DNA of 64,000 bases from Nitrosopumilus sp. (GCA_965203315.1 CBDBCE010000004.1:1-64000); one strand, 5' to 3'. Counted from the first letter of the stretch, positions 31,144-41,565 are shown. Program-made: numbers and translations. The notes: generated by a model not told the origin, from the sequence alone.

Positions 31144-33215
31144 TGGCTACAGAGATTCTTGGATTTGAGATAGGTTCTGCTAGTGCATGGCTAGTATGGA
31201 TCTTGCCCTTTATTGCTGCACTGATAATGCCAGGAATCGGCAAGCTCTCAAAACAGGCGACAGGATATGTTGCAGTCGGATTCGCATTGATGAGCGCACT
31301 CTCTGCTGCTTCACTCATTCCAGTAGCTCTTGAGGCACACGAGATACACGATCAGATAATGTGGATCGAGTCTATCGGTCTAAAAGCAGGGGTCTTGGCA
31401 GATCCGTTATCCATAATCATGGCAAATGTAGTTGGCTGGATATCATTTCTGATTATGATATATAGTACAGGATACATGAAGGGTGATCCGAACATCACTC
31501 GTTTTTGGTTCTGGATGATGTTCTTTATAGGCTCTATGCAGATCATCGTACTGTCTGATAATCTACTCCAAGTCTTCTTTGGTTGGGAGGGAGTGGGACT
31601 CGCATCATACGCGCTGATCAGTTTCTGGTACCGAGACAAAAAGAAGGATCATGTTGGCGTCGAGGGAAGAACGGTTCTGGGGCTCTTGGACTATTATGCG
31701 CCGACACACGCCGGCATGAAGGCGTTCATTATGACAAAGATTGGTGATATTATGATGCTAGCTGGCATGTTCTTGATATTTCTCTTTGCAGGTACGTTTG
31801 GATTTCGTGAACTGGTACAAGATACTGCGTGGGCAGCTACAATGTCCGCACAAGGTCTATTGGTTCCTGCATTCGTTCTTCTCTTTGGTGGTGCTATAGG
31901 CAAGTCGGCCCAGTTCCCACTAAACGAATGGTTGCTCGAAGCGATGACCGGTCCAACTGCTGTATCTGCATTGATTCATGCTGCTACGATGGTCAAGGCT
32001 GGCGTCTTTCTAGTCGCACGACTGGGTCCAATAGTATTTGCTCTAGCTGCTGCAGGAATACTTGCTGAGCAGTTCTTTGAGATTGTTGCATGGGTTGGTG
32101 CAATTACTGCTCTCCTTCTTGCTACTCAAGGAATGGTAAATCCTGAGATCAAGAAGGTTCTTGCTTACTCTACTGGTTCTCAGATAGGATACATGATGAT
32201 GGCACTCGGCGTTGCTGGTCTATCACACCAGTATGTTGATGGATACACAGCTGGCTTTTTCCATCTGATATCACACGCAATGTTCAAGGCATCACTGTTT
32301 ATGGCAGCTGGCTCGCTATTACATGTAGTAGGATCTAGATTCATGACAGATATGGGCGGTCTTCGTAAACACATGAAGAAGACGTTTGCATTCATGTGGG
32401 CTGCTGGATTGGGACTGATGGGAGCTCCGTTTATCACAACTGGCTTTTGGAGCAAAGATGCAATCTTTGCAGCAGTATACGAGTCTGGTAGTGAGTGGGC
32501 AATTCCTCTATATGCTATTGCAGTTATTACCGCAATAATTACAGCATTCTATACCACACGTATGATTGGCATGGTCTTTTACGGCAAAAAGAGTAGACAC
32601 ATAGAAAAGATGGAGCAAGGTGGTCACCACATCCATGAAGCATCACTATCCATGTGGGTTCCTTATGGAATACTAGCTGTATTGACTATTGGTATCGGAC
32701 TGATTGGGCTCTCTGCCGAAGAGGGACTACATCATCTCTTTGAAGAGTATCTAGATCACTCGTTTGCGATACATACAGAACATTATGACAGTACATCTAC
32801 GATACTGCCCGAGTTTCTTCAAGGACTCAATCCGGTTGCGTTAGGATCGTCGTTGGTTGCATTTGCGATCGGAATTGGTCTTGGATACATATTCTACATT
32901 GGTAGATGGGCAGATCCTGTAAAGTTTGTAAACTCGAACATCTTTTTTTATGCATTACACAAGACTATGCTGAACAGATGGTATCTCAACGCAATAATCT
33001 ATTGGTGCTTTGTAGTTGCGCCTCTTTGGTTAGCACGTGCTGTGTTTAGATACTTTGAACGTACAGCGATGGACTATGGTATGAATAATGGGTTCCAAAA
33101 AGCGGTTGGCTGGGGTGCCAAAGTCGTCCAAGGAACACAAACAGGAGTATCACAGTCATATCTCTTTGTCTTTGGAGCAGGACTGCTCTTTGTAGTCTTG
33201 ATATTGATGATATAG
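31143..33215 (+). CDS. nuoL: NADH-quinone oxidoreductase subunit L
   Basis: GKSAQFPL.EWL.EAM.GPT.VSALIHAATMV, HAMFKA. Confidence 0.95.
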   Translation: MATEILGFEIGSASAWLVWILPFIAALIMPGIGKLSKQATGYVAVGFALMSALSAASLIPVALEAHEIHDQIMWIESIGLKAGVLADPLSIIMANVVGWISFLIMIYSTGYMKGDPNITRFWFWMMFFIGSMQIIVLSDNLLQVFFGWEGVGLASYALISFWYRDKKKDHVGVEGRTVLGLLDYYAPTHAGMKAFIMTKIGDIMMLAGMFLIFLFAGTFGFRELVQDTAWAATMSAQGLLVPAFVLLFGGAIGKSAQFPLNEWLLEAMTGPTAVSALIHAATMVKAGVFLVARLGPIVFALAAAGILAEQFFEIVAWVGAITALLLATQGMVNPEIKKVLAYSTGSQIGYMMMALGVAGLSHQYVDGYTAGFFHLISHAMFKASLFMAAGSLLHVVGSRFMTDMGGLRKHMKKTFAFMWAAGLGLMGAPFITTGFWSKDAIFAAVYESGSEWAIPLYAIAVITAIITAFYTTRMIGMVFYGKKSRHIEKMEQGGHHIHEASLSMWVPYGILAVLTIGIGLIGLSAEEGLHHLFEEYLDHSFAIHTEHYDSTSTILPEFLQGLNPVALGSSLVAFAIGIGLGYIFYIGRWADPVKFVNSNIFFYALHKTMLNRWYLNAIIYWCFVVAPLWLARAVFRYFERTAMDYGMNNGFQKAVGWGAKVVQGTQTGVSQSYLFVFGAGLLFVVLILMI

Positions 33216-34709
33216 GTGAGTATGATGATTGAACCAACCTCTACCCCACTAGTAATTATTGCAATACTGGGAACTGTCGGTATAATCCTACCTATAATCA
33301 GCATCGCAAGGCGAGAGAGTGGCTCCAACTCGTTCTATGCCGTAATTGCATTTGCGGCACTGATCCTATCTATGGGCCATGTTGGTTATCAGATGATCAC
33401 AGAACATGTAGTGCCTAGCGCTCTCTTTTCTGAAGATGTTCTAGTCGATGACGCATTTGGTGGGTTCTTTGCTATCGCAATGTTGATTGTCGCATTGTTT
33501 ACTACTGTTGGATCATTTAATTATATGCGTAAACACAACTCGCCTGCTGTATACTATTCTCTCATATTGTTATCTACAGTTGGCATGGTTCTTGTTGCAT
33601 ACTCTACTGATCTCGTAATGCTCTTTGTTGCATGGGAGTTGATGAGCATTCCAACATATGTTCTAGTCGGATTTGCAAAACGTAACCCCAGCTCAAACGA
33701 AGCAGCCCTCAAATACTTTCTGTTTGGAGCATTATCCTCTGCAATAATCGTATACGGTATATCTCTTGCATATGGTCTTACTGGATCTACTAACATTGGA
33801 GACGTTCTAGTCGGATTTGCAGCACTAGATCCATCACTACTGCCACTAGCTCTACTCTCTGTTGGAATGTTTATTGCAGGATTTGGTTTCAAGATGGGTC
33901 TCGTTCCATTTCATCAGTGGTTACCAGATACGTATGAGGGCGCTCCAGCTCCGATCACCGCACTCTTGGCTGCTGCTACAAAAAAGGCAGGATTTGCAGC
34001 AACAATCCGAATCGTTGTATTGGGGATGGTTGTACTCAACTTTGACTGGACACTTGCTCTTGGTGTACTTGCAGTTATGACCATGACCGTTGGCAATGTA
34101 GCAGCAATAATGCAAAAGAGTATTACACGAATGCTTGCATACTCTAGTATTGCTCATGCTGGATACATACTGATCGGACTTGCAGTTGCACCACATACTG
34201 CACTAGGTCTACAAGGTTCGTTGTATCAGATATTGAATCATGCTGTGATGAAGGGAGCTGCATTTATTGCAATAGCTGGTATCGTCACAACTCTTGCTGT
34301 AACACACATCGACAAACTACGTGGACTAGGACGTAGAATGCCTGTGACGTCATTGGGTCTAGTTGTGTCTCTGTTTGCTCTGGCTGGTGTTCCTCCGCTT
34401 GCTGGATTTTGGAGTAAGTTGATGCTATTTGGAGCAGCACTTGATGCCACTAGTGCAATATCTTGGGCTGCATGGCTTGCAATAGCTGGTGTTCTCAACT
34501 CTGCACTATCTCTTGCGTATTATGGTTGGTTAACTCGCAAGATGTACTTTGAAGGTGAGACAGAAAAGCGCACAAGAGAGCCACGTTCTGTAATGGGTGT
34601 TATGATCTCTGCTACTATATTTCTAGTCGCATTTGGTGTATATCCGGAACCAATATTGCAGTTAGTCGAGTTTGCAGCACCTGTCATTGATATCTCACAG
34701 CTTCCATAG
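33216..34709 (+). CDS. nuoN: NADH-quinone oxidoreductase subunit N
   Basis: EAALKYF, FKMGLVPFHQWLPDTYEGAP, AYSSIAHAGY. Confidence 0.95.
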   Translation: MSMMIEPTSTPLVIIAILGTVGIILPIISIARRESGSNSFYAVIAFAALILSMGHVGYQMITEHVVPSALFSEDVLVDDAFGGFFAIAMLIVALFTTVGSFNYMRKHNSPAVYYSLILLSTVGMVLVAYSTDLVMLFVAWELMSIPTYVLVGFAKRNPSSNEAALKYFLFGALSSAIIVYGISLAYGLTGSTNIGDVLVGFAALDPSLLPLALLSVGMFIAGFGFKMGLVPFHQWLPDTYEGAPAPITALLAAATKKAGFAATIRIVVLGMVVLNFDWTLALGVLAVMTMTVGNVAAIMQKSITRMLAYSSIAHAGYILIGLAVAPHTALGLQGSLYQILNHAVMKGAAFIAIAGIVTTLAVTHIDKLRGLGRRMPVTSLGLVVSLFALAGVPPLAGFWSKLMLFGAALDATSAISWAAWLAIAGVLNSALSLAYYGWLTRKMYFEGETEKRTREPRSVMGVMISATIFLVAFGVYPEPILQLVEFAAPVIDISQLP

Positions 34710-34873
34710 TCTGCTGGACGCAAATGCACTCTCGAGTTTGCAATATTTGTTGTTTGATGGGTATTATGCACAATTCTCATATGGCATGTTTATAGTTAAA
34801 CAAAGCGATTGGGGGGGGTGGGTGGGATTATCGCGCCTCCAAACTATTGTTGAGTAATTTGAAAGTCGTAAAT

Positions 34874-34985
34874 GGATACAATTTTTTGATTCATCTGTAA
34901 TTACACTTCACAAGACTTTTTCACTACTAAATTCTCATAGTACTTTTTCTGTAAAAATTCCATCAGGTGTAAATCAAAGAGATCC
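34874..34985. repeat. MITE-like dispersed repeat, copy B
   Basis: Shares ttcacaagact, ttttctgtaa and gtaaatcaaagagatcc with copy A. Confidence 0.5.
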
Positions 34986-35058
34986 TTTGATAGTGATTAT
35001 GTCACGTTGGCAGATTCAGTTCTTGAGATACTAAAACATTCACCTATGCGATTCAAAT

Positions 35059-35931
35059 CTATCCCTTAAATGATGTAAACTGGATCAGATTATCTAGATC
35101 GTTCTTTGCTTTACAGTCTGAAATAGATCGTAGTCCAGAACGTGCTCTGTCTGTATATTTCTTTAAGAGCTCTTCCATCATGTCAAATACGTCTCTTGGA
35201 TCTGAACTTTTCTTGATCAATAGATTGAACAACTTGTCTTCGTTCTTCCAGTCTAACAGATCGTCTCGGATCTGATATGCTATTCCTATGTTCTTACCGT
35301 ACTCTGTTAATGATGCAATCTGATCCTCTCTTCCTCCCGCAATTATTGCACCCGTCCTTGCGGCAACCTCGAATGCAGTAGCAGTCTTGTACTCTATAAC
35401 TTTGAGATAGTCATCAAATGTTAGATCCTCACTAGTCTCTAACCTGTTCTCGATCATCTCACCTTCACTCATTAGCATGGCAGTCGTAGCCAAGTCCTTC
35501 GTTATTCTTGGATTGTCAAGTCTAGATGAGATTGCAAGGATCAACCCCAGAACAAAGTCTCCTGTAAGAATACTGGTATTGTATCCATATTTTATGTGAA
35601 AGGGATCTTTTTGTCTACGCACCGTCTCGTTATCTATGATATCATCATGTATTATCGACTCCATGTGTAGAAACTCAACTGCACATGCTGCTGCCAACGT
35701 ATTATCGTCTACGTTACCAACTGACTCGGCAGACAAGATCAATATCAGAGGTCTGATTCGTTTTCCTCCTTCCAGTGAGTATCTTAGTGGATCTATGAAC
35801 TCTGATTCGGAGTATAGACGTAACTCCGACTCTAGAGCATCGTTGATCTTTTGAATATACTTGTCACAAGACTCATGTAATGGATTGATCTCAATGTTCT
35901 TTCGATCCAATTGATCAAAAACCTTACTCAT
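35059..35931 (-). CDS. Polyprenyl (geranylgeranyl) diphosphate synthase
   Basis: GGKRIRP, HDDIID...RR, YQIRDDLLD motifs. Confidence 0.92.
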   Translation of the reverse strand: MSKVFDQLDRKNIEINPLHESCDKYIQKINDALESELRLYSESEFIDPLRYSLEGGKRIRPLILILSAESVGNVDDNTLAAACAVEFLHMESIIHDDIIDNETVRRQKDPFHIKYGYNTSILTGDFVLGLILAISSRLDNPRITKDLATTAMLMSEGEMIENRLETSEDLTFDDYLKVIEYKTATAFEVAARTGAIIAGGREDQIASLTEYGKNIGIAYQIRDDLLDWKNEDKLFNLLIKKSSDPRDVFDMMEELLKKYTDRARSGLRSISDCKAKNDLDNLIQFTSFKG

Positions 35932-35945
35932 TAGTAATTAAATCT

Positions 35946-36039
35946 TGGTGCTCCAGCCGGGACTTTCATCACTTGATTTTGAACCCGGGATCACTGCCTT
36001 GAAAGGGCAGTATGCTTGACCGGTCTACACCACTGGAAC
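35946..36039 (-). tRNA. tRNA-Glu(TTC) with 15-nt intron at position 59/60 (35963-35977), CCA encoded
   Basis: Cloverleaf with anticodon arm CTGCC-CTTTCAA-GGCAG; T-loop expanded to 22 nt, forming a bulge-helix-bulge. Confidence 0.9.
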
Positions 36040-36315
36040 CCAGTCAAAGTTTATCTCTTAACCATAAAATCTTTTGTAGTGTGATGTCATCGATGTGAGT
36101 TGCTTTACGTCTCTACAATTTCCCCCCTGTTATCAGTTAGGAATGGTTTTGCAGATCTTTAGATATCATCCTTTCAAGCACCGTCAAGAAAATACTGTCG
36201 TGTGCGTGACCACTCTGTCAAAACATGCCTCTGAGTATCTATTGCGAAGCAAGTTTCCTGAGATGTAATATGCAGATCTTTTGAAATTGATATATGTCGA
36301 TGCTGTGTGAAGTTC

Positions 36316-36344
36316 ATGAACAAATTGTTCATTAGGGTTAAATA
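36316..36344 (+). promoter_or_regulatory. S-layer promoter copy 2 (palindrome ATGAACAAATTGTTCAT + TTAAATA)
   Basis: TTAAATA at -34..-28 from the ATG, consistent with a leaderless transcript. Confidence 0.85.
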
Positions 36345-36345
36345 C

Positions 36346-36379
36346 AAACTCTTGATGAGATTATCAATAACATGAATAA
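36346..36379 (+). repeat. Recombination site/IR, locus 2 left (spacer GAGATT)
   Basis: Perfect 34-bp inverted repeat of 41532-41565. Confidence 0.92.
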
Positions 36380-39300
36380 CGAAATAGGACGAAAAACAAC
36401 TAGTTTAATACTAATGACAATAATGGTCGCAGGCGGACTGACCTTTGCTATACCAAGCATGGAGCCAGTCTATGCCCAGTCGACACCAAACTTGTACGTG
36501 TCAGCTGTTAGTGAAAAGTTTGACAACACCTTTGGCGGACTCCAAATTATAGAGGTCGTTGTATCTGATCCGCTAATAACTGATGAGGGAGATGCAGCTC
36601 CCAGAGTTACTGTTGATGACGAAGATCTCCCAATGCATCATGCTGGAGACGGCTCGTGGTATGGTTGGTTTATGGATAAAGACAGAGACGCCAATGATGA
36701 TGGCGACGTTCTCGATATAGTTGAGGGAGATTATGACTATGCAAATAAATTATCCGAGTTTAAACAACTTAATTTCCCAGAAAATAGAGGCAATACAGCA
36801 AAGATAGCACCAGAATTTCTATACCTTGATCTTGACTATGGTGAAGAGATCGACGTAGTGTATAACAAAGCTGGAAACCCTCAAACGGTAACACTCACAT
36901 ACGACAAATCTAAAAACAACTCTATCGAACTTGATCGGGACTTTTACACACCTGGCGCAGAGGTACATGTTACAATTACTGACCATGTACTCAATATAGA
37001 TCCAACTAGCAAAGATGTCTGGCAGTTTCCTACGATCGACAGCACTAGTAGTACATACCCTTGGATGAAAGTAGGTGAAGCCATGGGAAGATTGAAACTA
37101 AATCCAGAGACAAATTATGTTGGCATGTATGCAACACAACTCGGTTGTGACGATGATTGTGCTCTTAGAATTCCGGTAGGTACTACAGAGAATGTAATAA
37201 CGTTTGTACCATCATCTTATACTGTAGCCGAGAATTATTTCACAAATGCGGTTCTATTCATCGAAACTGGACCAAACACTGGTGTCTTTGAGTTGATTAG
37301 TGATCGCAAGGACGCGAACGACAATCCAGCTAATAAGATAATGATCAAATCAGATGCACCACGAAACACCAATACGCAGATTATATACGATCAGGATAAC
37401 GTAGCCGTAAACGTACGACTAACTGCTGCTACAGTAAACCTAGATATCGAGGACGGCACGTGGAACTCTGGCGAAAAGATAGACCTAACCGTAGTCGATG
37501 CAGATCAAAACAAAGACAGTGATGCAGAAGACGATCAAAAGGTATCTGATCCCATGTCAAGAATTCCTACATTCATCACCGGCGATCCGCATACACTAAT
37601 GGACAGTAAAGACAAGTCTGCACATACATATACGCAGGCAGGTTCCACTTGGCAGAAATATCCAATAGATCCAAATGATCGGATATACGTACGTGACTTA
37701 GATTTTAGAGTCGATGATAGTCATAGGGGAATACTGTCGTGGAATGGTTCAAATAATGTTCGCGATAAAGAACCGCTTGCACTTGCAGGAGTACATAGCA
37801 GCTTTGTTGGAGGGTTGTTTACTATTCCTTTAGGTACGCTAGGTGAACTACGTGAATCAATCCATGATGATCACACCACTAGGGGAGATTTTACAGGACG
37901 GAATCTATTCAACTATGACTTTAGCGTCTTCGATACAAACAACATACGTGTTGATCTAAACATACACAACAGTACAGGAGATGTAGTTTACTTTGAAACG
38001 CTGCTAGATAATAGCGACAGTAGACTCTCCGCGTATGATGTCACCTCTGGTATTAGAGATATAACCGGCTTTATGGTCAAAGATAGAAACAACGAGACTC
38101 TGACATATTCACTATCTAGTTCTGAATTTCTATCAAAGGTCGGTACTGACGCTCAAGTCACACTGGAAATAATACTCAAAGACGGAAATGCCTACACCAC
38201 ACCAGCATTTACTATCACCGAAGGCAAAGAATATCCCATAGTCGCAGATTTCTTCTCATATGGATTCTATGACGATGGCGCACAAGCAGGCGAGAGAGTT
38301 GCAAACCAAATCATACGAGTCGAGGTAGAAGAGACCGGTGACAACACTAGTACCTTTACAGGAACACTAGAGTACATCATGATAAACCAGCTTGATATGA
38401 TAGTGACTGATACTCTAGTAACTGGTGCTAATGTGACTGTAAATGGCAATCAATTACCATCATATCCAAGAACAGATTACATATTCGACAGCATTACACC
38501 AATAGGCAACGAAGTAAAATTCATCGCCTTTGAAGACATCACAGGCTCTGACGCGCGAGTAAACTATGCAGACATAGACTCGAACGGCAACATGGCTGTG
38601 GTCTCTGACCAACAAGATATCGCAACCTCTAGTGGTGTGGTATCTCTGAATGCAGAGACATACAGTGTAGGCAGCAATGTCGTAATAACACTAGAAGACG
38701 CAGACTTGAATACAGATCCTGATCGTGCAGATACCTATACCGTAGTGATGGACAGTACCAACATGGATCCAGATAGAGATCAAGTAGGCATGAATGTAAC
38801 CAATGTATCTGGCATCGAGTACGAATCTCTACTGCCAGGCGACAAATCACTAGGAATGCTCCTAGAGGTGACCATTGGTGGCGAGAGATGGAAATCCGGA
38901 TGTACACCTAGTATTAGTGGACTTGGTGCAACAGGATTTACTCTACAAGAGACAGGATCCAGCACAGGAGTCTTTACAGGTTCATTTGCTATACCAAAAG
39001 ATGTATGCATGGATAACAAGAAAGTAGGCGTAAGCGGCAAAGACATTGGTGTAACATATCTAGACTTTAGAGATGCATCTGGTCAGATAGTCACTGCTGG
39101 TGACTCTGCATCGATTGGTGCAAGTACAGGCTCTGTATCTCTAGATAGAACTGTATATCCAGTTCCGTATGGTCAGGGTACAACAACTGGTTCAAGAGCC
39201 CTAGACATGGCCGGAGCAAATCTTGCAGGCGGTACAGTCAAAGTCTATGTTCAAGTAAACGATCCAGATTACAACTTGAATCCTACAGGTGAGGACAAGA

Positions 39301-41276
39301 TCGAAGACGAGGACGGAAATGGTCCAGTAAAGGTCACGATCTCCCGCAGTGGTGACGAGTGTCTAATAGGTCACGCAGGCGGTGAGACATCAATCGCAAC
39401 CGACGAGATCAGTAGATTGTTAGAAGATCGAAATACAAAGAAAGCTAGCTATGATGCAGACAAGACAAACACTGACAAACAGACAGCATATCTCTTGGCA
39501 CAACTAAAGTATGATGATGCTAGAAGTACAGGTGGTGCATGTCCGGTTCCAGAACCGTTTGGTGCTCTAACGGAGACATCTCCTGAATCAGGAGTGTTCG
39601 AAGTAAGCTTTGATCTATCTTACAAGATAGGACCAAGCAGTACCGACTGTCCAGCTACTGGAGATAGCCGTACATGTATCCTACAGGGGGATATCCTCAC
39701 CGTACAGTACAACGACACTACAGATGCTTCTGGTAATCCACGTACAGTCACAGACTCTGCTACCTTTGATCTACGAAACGGTGCTCTACAGACAGACAAG
39801 TCTGTATACGTTATAGGCTCGGACATGATCGTAACACTCATCGATCCAGACCTTGATCTAGACAGCGGTACACGCGAAACATACACACTTGATCTAATAA
39901 AGTGGGACTCGGACGCAGGTACCAAGAATCTGAGTGAAGGTATATTCGATGCAGAACCAGGTTCTCTACGAGAGACTGGTCCTAGCACAGGCATATTCCA
40001 AGTGGTCATATCTGTTCCCAAGGCCATAGACAACGACAGACTAGAACGAGGCGAAGAGATCAAGCTAGAATACACCGACTATGGACCATCAGGTGCAGAC
40101 TATGTAGGTGATAATACAGAAGATATCGACAGAACGGTATTCACATCAAACTTTGGTGCTACAATAGAACTAGATCAAAGTGTATACAGTTGGACCGACA
40201 AGGTATTCATCACTGTAACAGCTCCTGATCACAACCTAAACACAAACCAAGTAGACGAGATTGGTGCTGATCCATATCCAGTGCGTGTTGCTACAAGATC
40301 CGACGACATTAAAAACTACAAACTCGTAGAGACAGGTACAAACACTGGTATCTTTACAGGTGAAGTAATACTGACAGGATTCTCGTACGACGCAGACGGT
40401 GATGATTCCACAGGAGAAAACGGTAAAGACGTCACAGGTCGTACATGTGATAGATGTAATGGACCAACCGATGGACTATTACCAACAGACAACGACGACG
40501 GACTCGAGGTATCATTCGAGTTCTCTGACGACGAGACTGTACGCAAGTCTGCTCTAATCCGTTGGAACATTGGTGAAGTTCAGTGGCTAGAAGCAAGTTA
40601 TCCTGCTACAGCTACAGGCGTACTACGTGTAATCGATCCCGACATGAACTTGAATCCAGAATCTGCAGACAACTTTGAGGTCAAAGTATGGTCTTCTAGT
40701 GCACCTAGTGGAATAACCCTTACAGTAACAGAGACTCAACCAGCAAGTGGTATCTTTGAAGGTACTGTATTCTTTGGACTCTCTGTCCAATCAGGCGGTC
40801 ACAAACTATCCACAGAAGAAGGAGACACAGTCACTGCAAAGTACAGCGACAACACTCTACCTGCTCCATACAGTAAAGGCGACTCTGAAGACATCACTGC
40901 AACCACCATAATAGGAACAATAGTACCTCCTCTAGAACGAGTAAAGATCGAGTCGTTGAGAATAGTAGACTCTACAGGTACAACACTCAGTACGGTATCA
41001 ATAGATCAACAAGTCCAGATCACTGCAGATTTGACAAACACACAAGACAAAGACCAGCCATTTGCATACTTGGTACAAATTCAAGATAGCGATGGCGTAA
41101 CTGTATCTCTGTCTTGGATTGATGGTTCATTGACACCATCTCAATCGTTTAGTCCATCTCAGTCTTGGATACCAACAGCGCCAGGCGAATACACAATCAC
41201 CGTATTTGCATGGGAGTCGTTGACTATACCAACTGCACTATCTCCACAACAGACAACAACAATAACTGTAAACTAG
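36372..41276 (+). CDS. S-layer protein paralog 2 (SlaA-like, 1634 aa)
   Basis: Same signal peptide and near-identical C-terminal third as paralogs 1 and 3. Confidence 0.9.
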   Translation: MNNEIGRKTTSLILMTIMVAGGLTFAIPSMEPVYAQSTPNLYVSAVSEKFDNTFGGLQIIEVVVSDPLITDEGDAAPRVTVDDEDLPMHHAGDGSWYGWFMDKDRDANDDGDVLDIVEGDYDYANKLSEFKQLNFPENRGNTAKIAPEFLYLDLDYGEEIDVVYNKAGNPQTVTLTYDKSKNNSIELDRDFYTPGAEVHVTITDHVLNIDPTSKDVWQFPTIDSTSSTYPWMKVGEAMGRLKLNPETNYVGMYATQLGCDDDCALRIPVGTTENVITFVPSSYTVAENYFTNAVLFIETGPNTGVFELISDRKDANDNPANKIMIKSDAPRNTNTQIIYDQDNVAVNVRLTAATVNLDIEDGTWNSGEKIDLTVVDADQNKDSDAEDDQKVSDPMSRIPTFITGDPHTLMDSKDKSAHTYTQAGSTWQKYPIDPNDRIYVRDLDFRVDDSHRGILSWNGSNNVRDKEPLALAGVHSSFVGGLFTIPLGTLGELRESIHDDHTTRGDFTGRNLFNYDFSVFDTNNIRVDLNIHNSTGDVVYFETLLDNSDSRLSAYDVTSGIRDITGFMVKDRNNETLTYSLSSSEFLSKVGTDAQVTLEIILKDGNAYTTPAFTITEGKEYPIVADFFSYGFYDDGAQAGERVANQIIRVEVEETGDNTSTFTGTLEYIMINQLDMIVTDTLVTGANVTVNGNQLPSYPRTDYIFDSITPIGNEVKFIAFEDITGSDARVNYADIDSNGNMAVVSDQQDIATSSGVVSLNAETYSVGSNVVITLEDADLNTDPDRADTYTVVMDSTNMDPDRDQVGMNVTNVSGIEYESLLPGDKSLGMLLEVTIGGERWKSGCTPSISGLGATGFTLQETGSSTGVFTGSFAIPKDVCMDNKKVGVSGKDIGVTYLDFRDASGQIVTAGDSASIGASTGSVSLDRTVYPVPYGQGTTTGSRALDMAGANLAGGTVKVYVQVNDPDYNLNPTGEDKIEDEDGNGPVKVTISRSGDECLIGHAGGETSIATDEISRLLEDRNTKKASYDADKTNTDKQTAYLLAQLKYDDARSTGGACPVPEPFGALTETSPESGVFEVSFDLSYKIGPSSTDCPATGDSRTCILQGDILTVQYNDTTDASGNPRTVTDSATFDLRNGALQTDKSVYVIGSDMIVTLIDPDLDLDSGTRETYTLDLIKWDSDAGTKNLSEGIFDAEPGSLRETGPSTGIFQVVISVPKAIDNDRLERGEEIKLEYTDYGPSGADYVGDNTEDIDRTVFTSNFGATIELDQSVYSWTDKVFITVTAPDHNLNTNQVDEIGADPYPVRVATRSDDIKNYKLVETGTNTGIFTGEVILTGFSYDADGDDSTGENGKDVTGRTCDRCNGPTDGLLPTDNDDGLEVSFEFSDDETVRKSALIRWNIGEVQWLEASYPATATGVLRVIDPDMNLNPESADNFEVKVWSSSAPSGITLTVTETQPASGIFEGTVFFGLSVQSGGHKLSTEEGDTVTAKYSDNTLPAPYSKGDSEDITATTIIGTIVPPLERVKIESLRIVDSTGTTLSTVSIDQQVQITADLTNTQDKDQPFAYLVQIQDSDGVTVSLSWIDGSLTPSQSFSPSQSWIPTAPGEYTITVFAWESLTIPTALSPQQTTTITVN

Positions 41277-41284
41277 TTCAAACC

Positions 41285-41302
41285 TTCTTTTTTTCTTTTT
41301 TT
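41285..41302 (+). terminator. Oligo-T terminator of S-layer gene 2
   Basis: ttctttttttcttttttt just after the stop codon. Confidence 0.7.
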
Positions 41303-41531
41303 ATATGATATAATAATGCACAGTAATAGCTGCATATGGTAAAGATAACAGTAACCGTATGTGATAGTACTACATACATCACGTTATAATACAATGATCT
41401 CTACTCTTACATTATACAATACTGCTCATTCACAAGATACTTGATATGAGAGATCTGAACTTGGTGTGTGGTCAATAGACTATAAACATCATGCTAAACT
41501 TTGCACAGGCACATTGCACAGCCTGTACCAA

Positions 41532-41565
41532 TTATTCATGTTATTGATAATCTCATCAAGAGTTT
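41532..41565 (-). repeat. Recombination site/IR, locus 2 right
   Basis: Reverse complement is AAACTCTTGATGAGATTATCAATAACATGAATAA, identical to 36346-36379. Confidence 0.92.

Larger units (their letters stand above)
36346..41565 (+). other. Putative invertible S-layer cassette 2 (ON orientation)
   Basis: Bounded by a perfect 34-bp IR; promoter lies outside on the left. Confidence 0.85.

Noticed and set aside
34811-34826. G-rich tract GGGGGGGGTGGGTGGG with G-quadruplex potential
   Set aside because: Single isolated occurrence with no supporting context.
34839-34865. caaactattgttgagtaattt resembles the left arm of the inversion site
   Set aside because: No ATCAATAACAT arm, no promoter and no partner site; could be chance.
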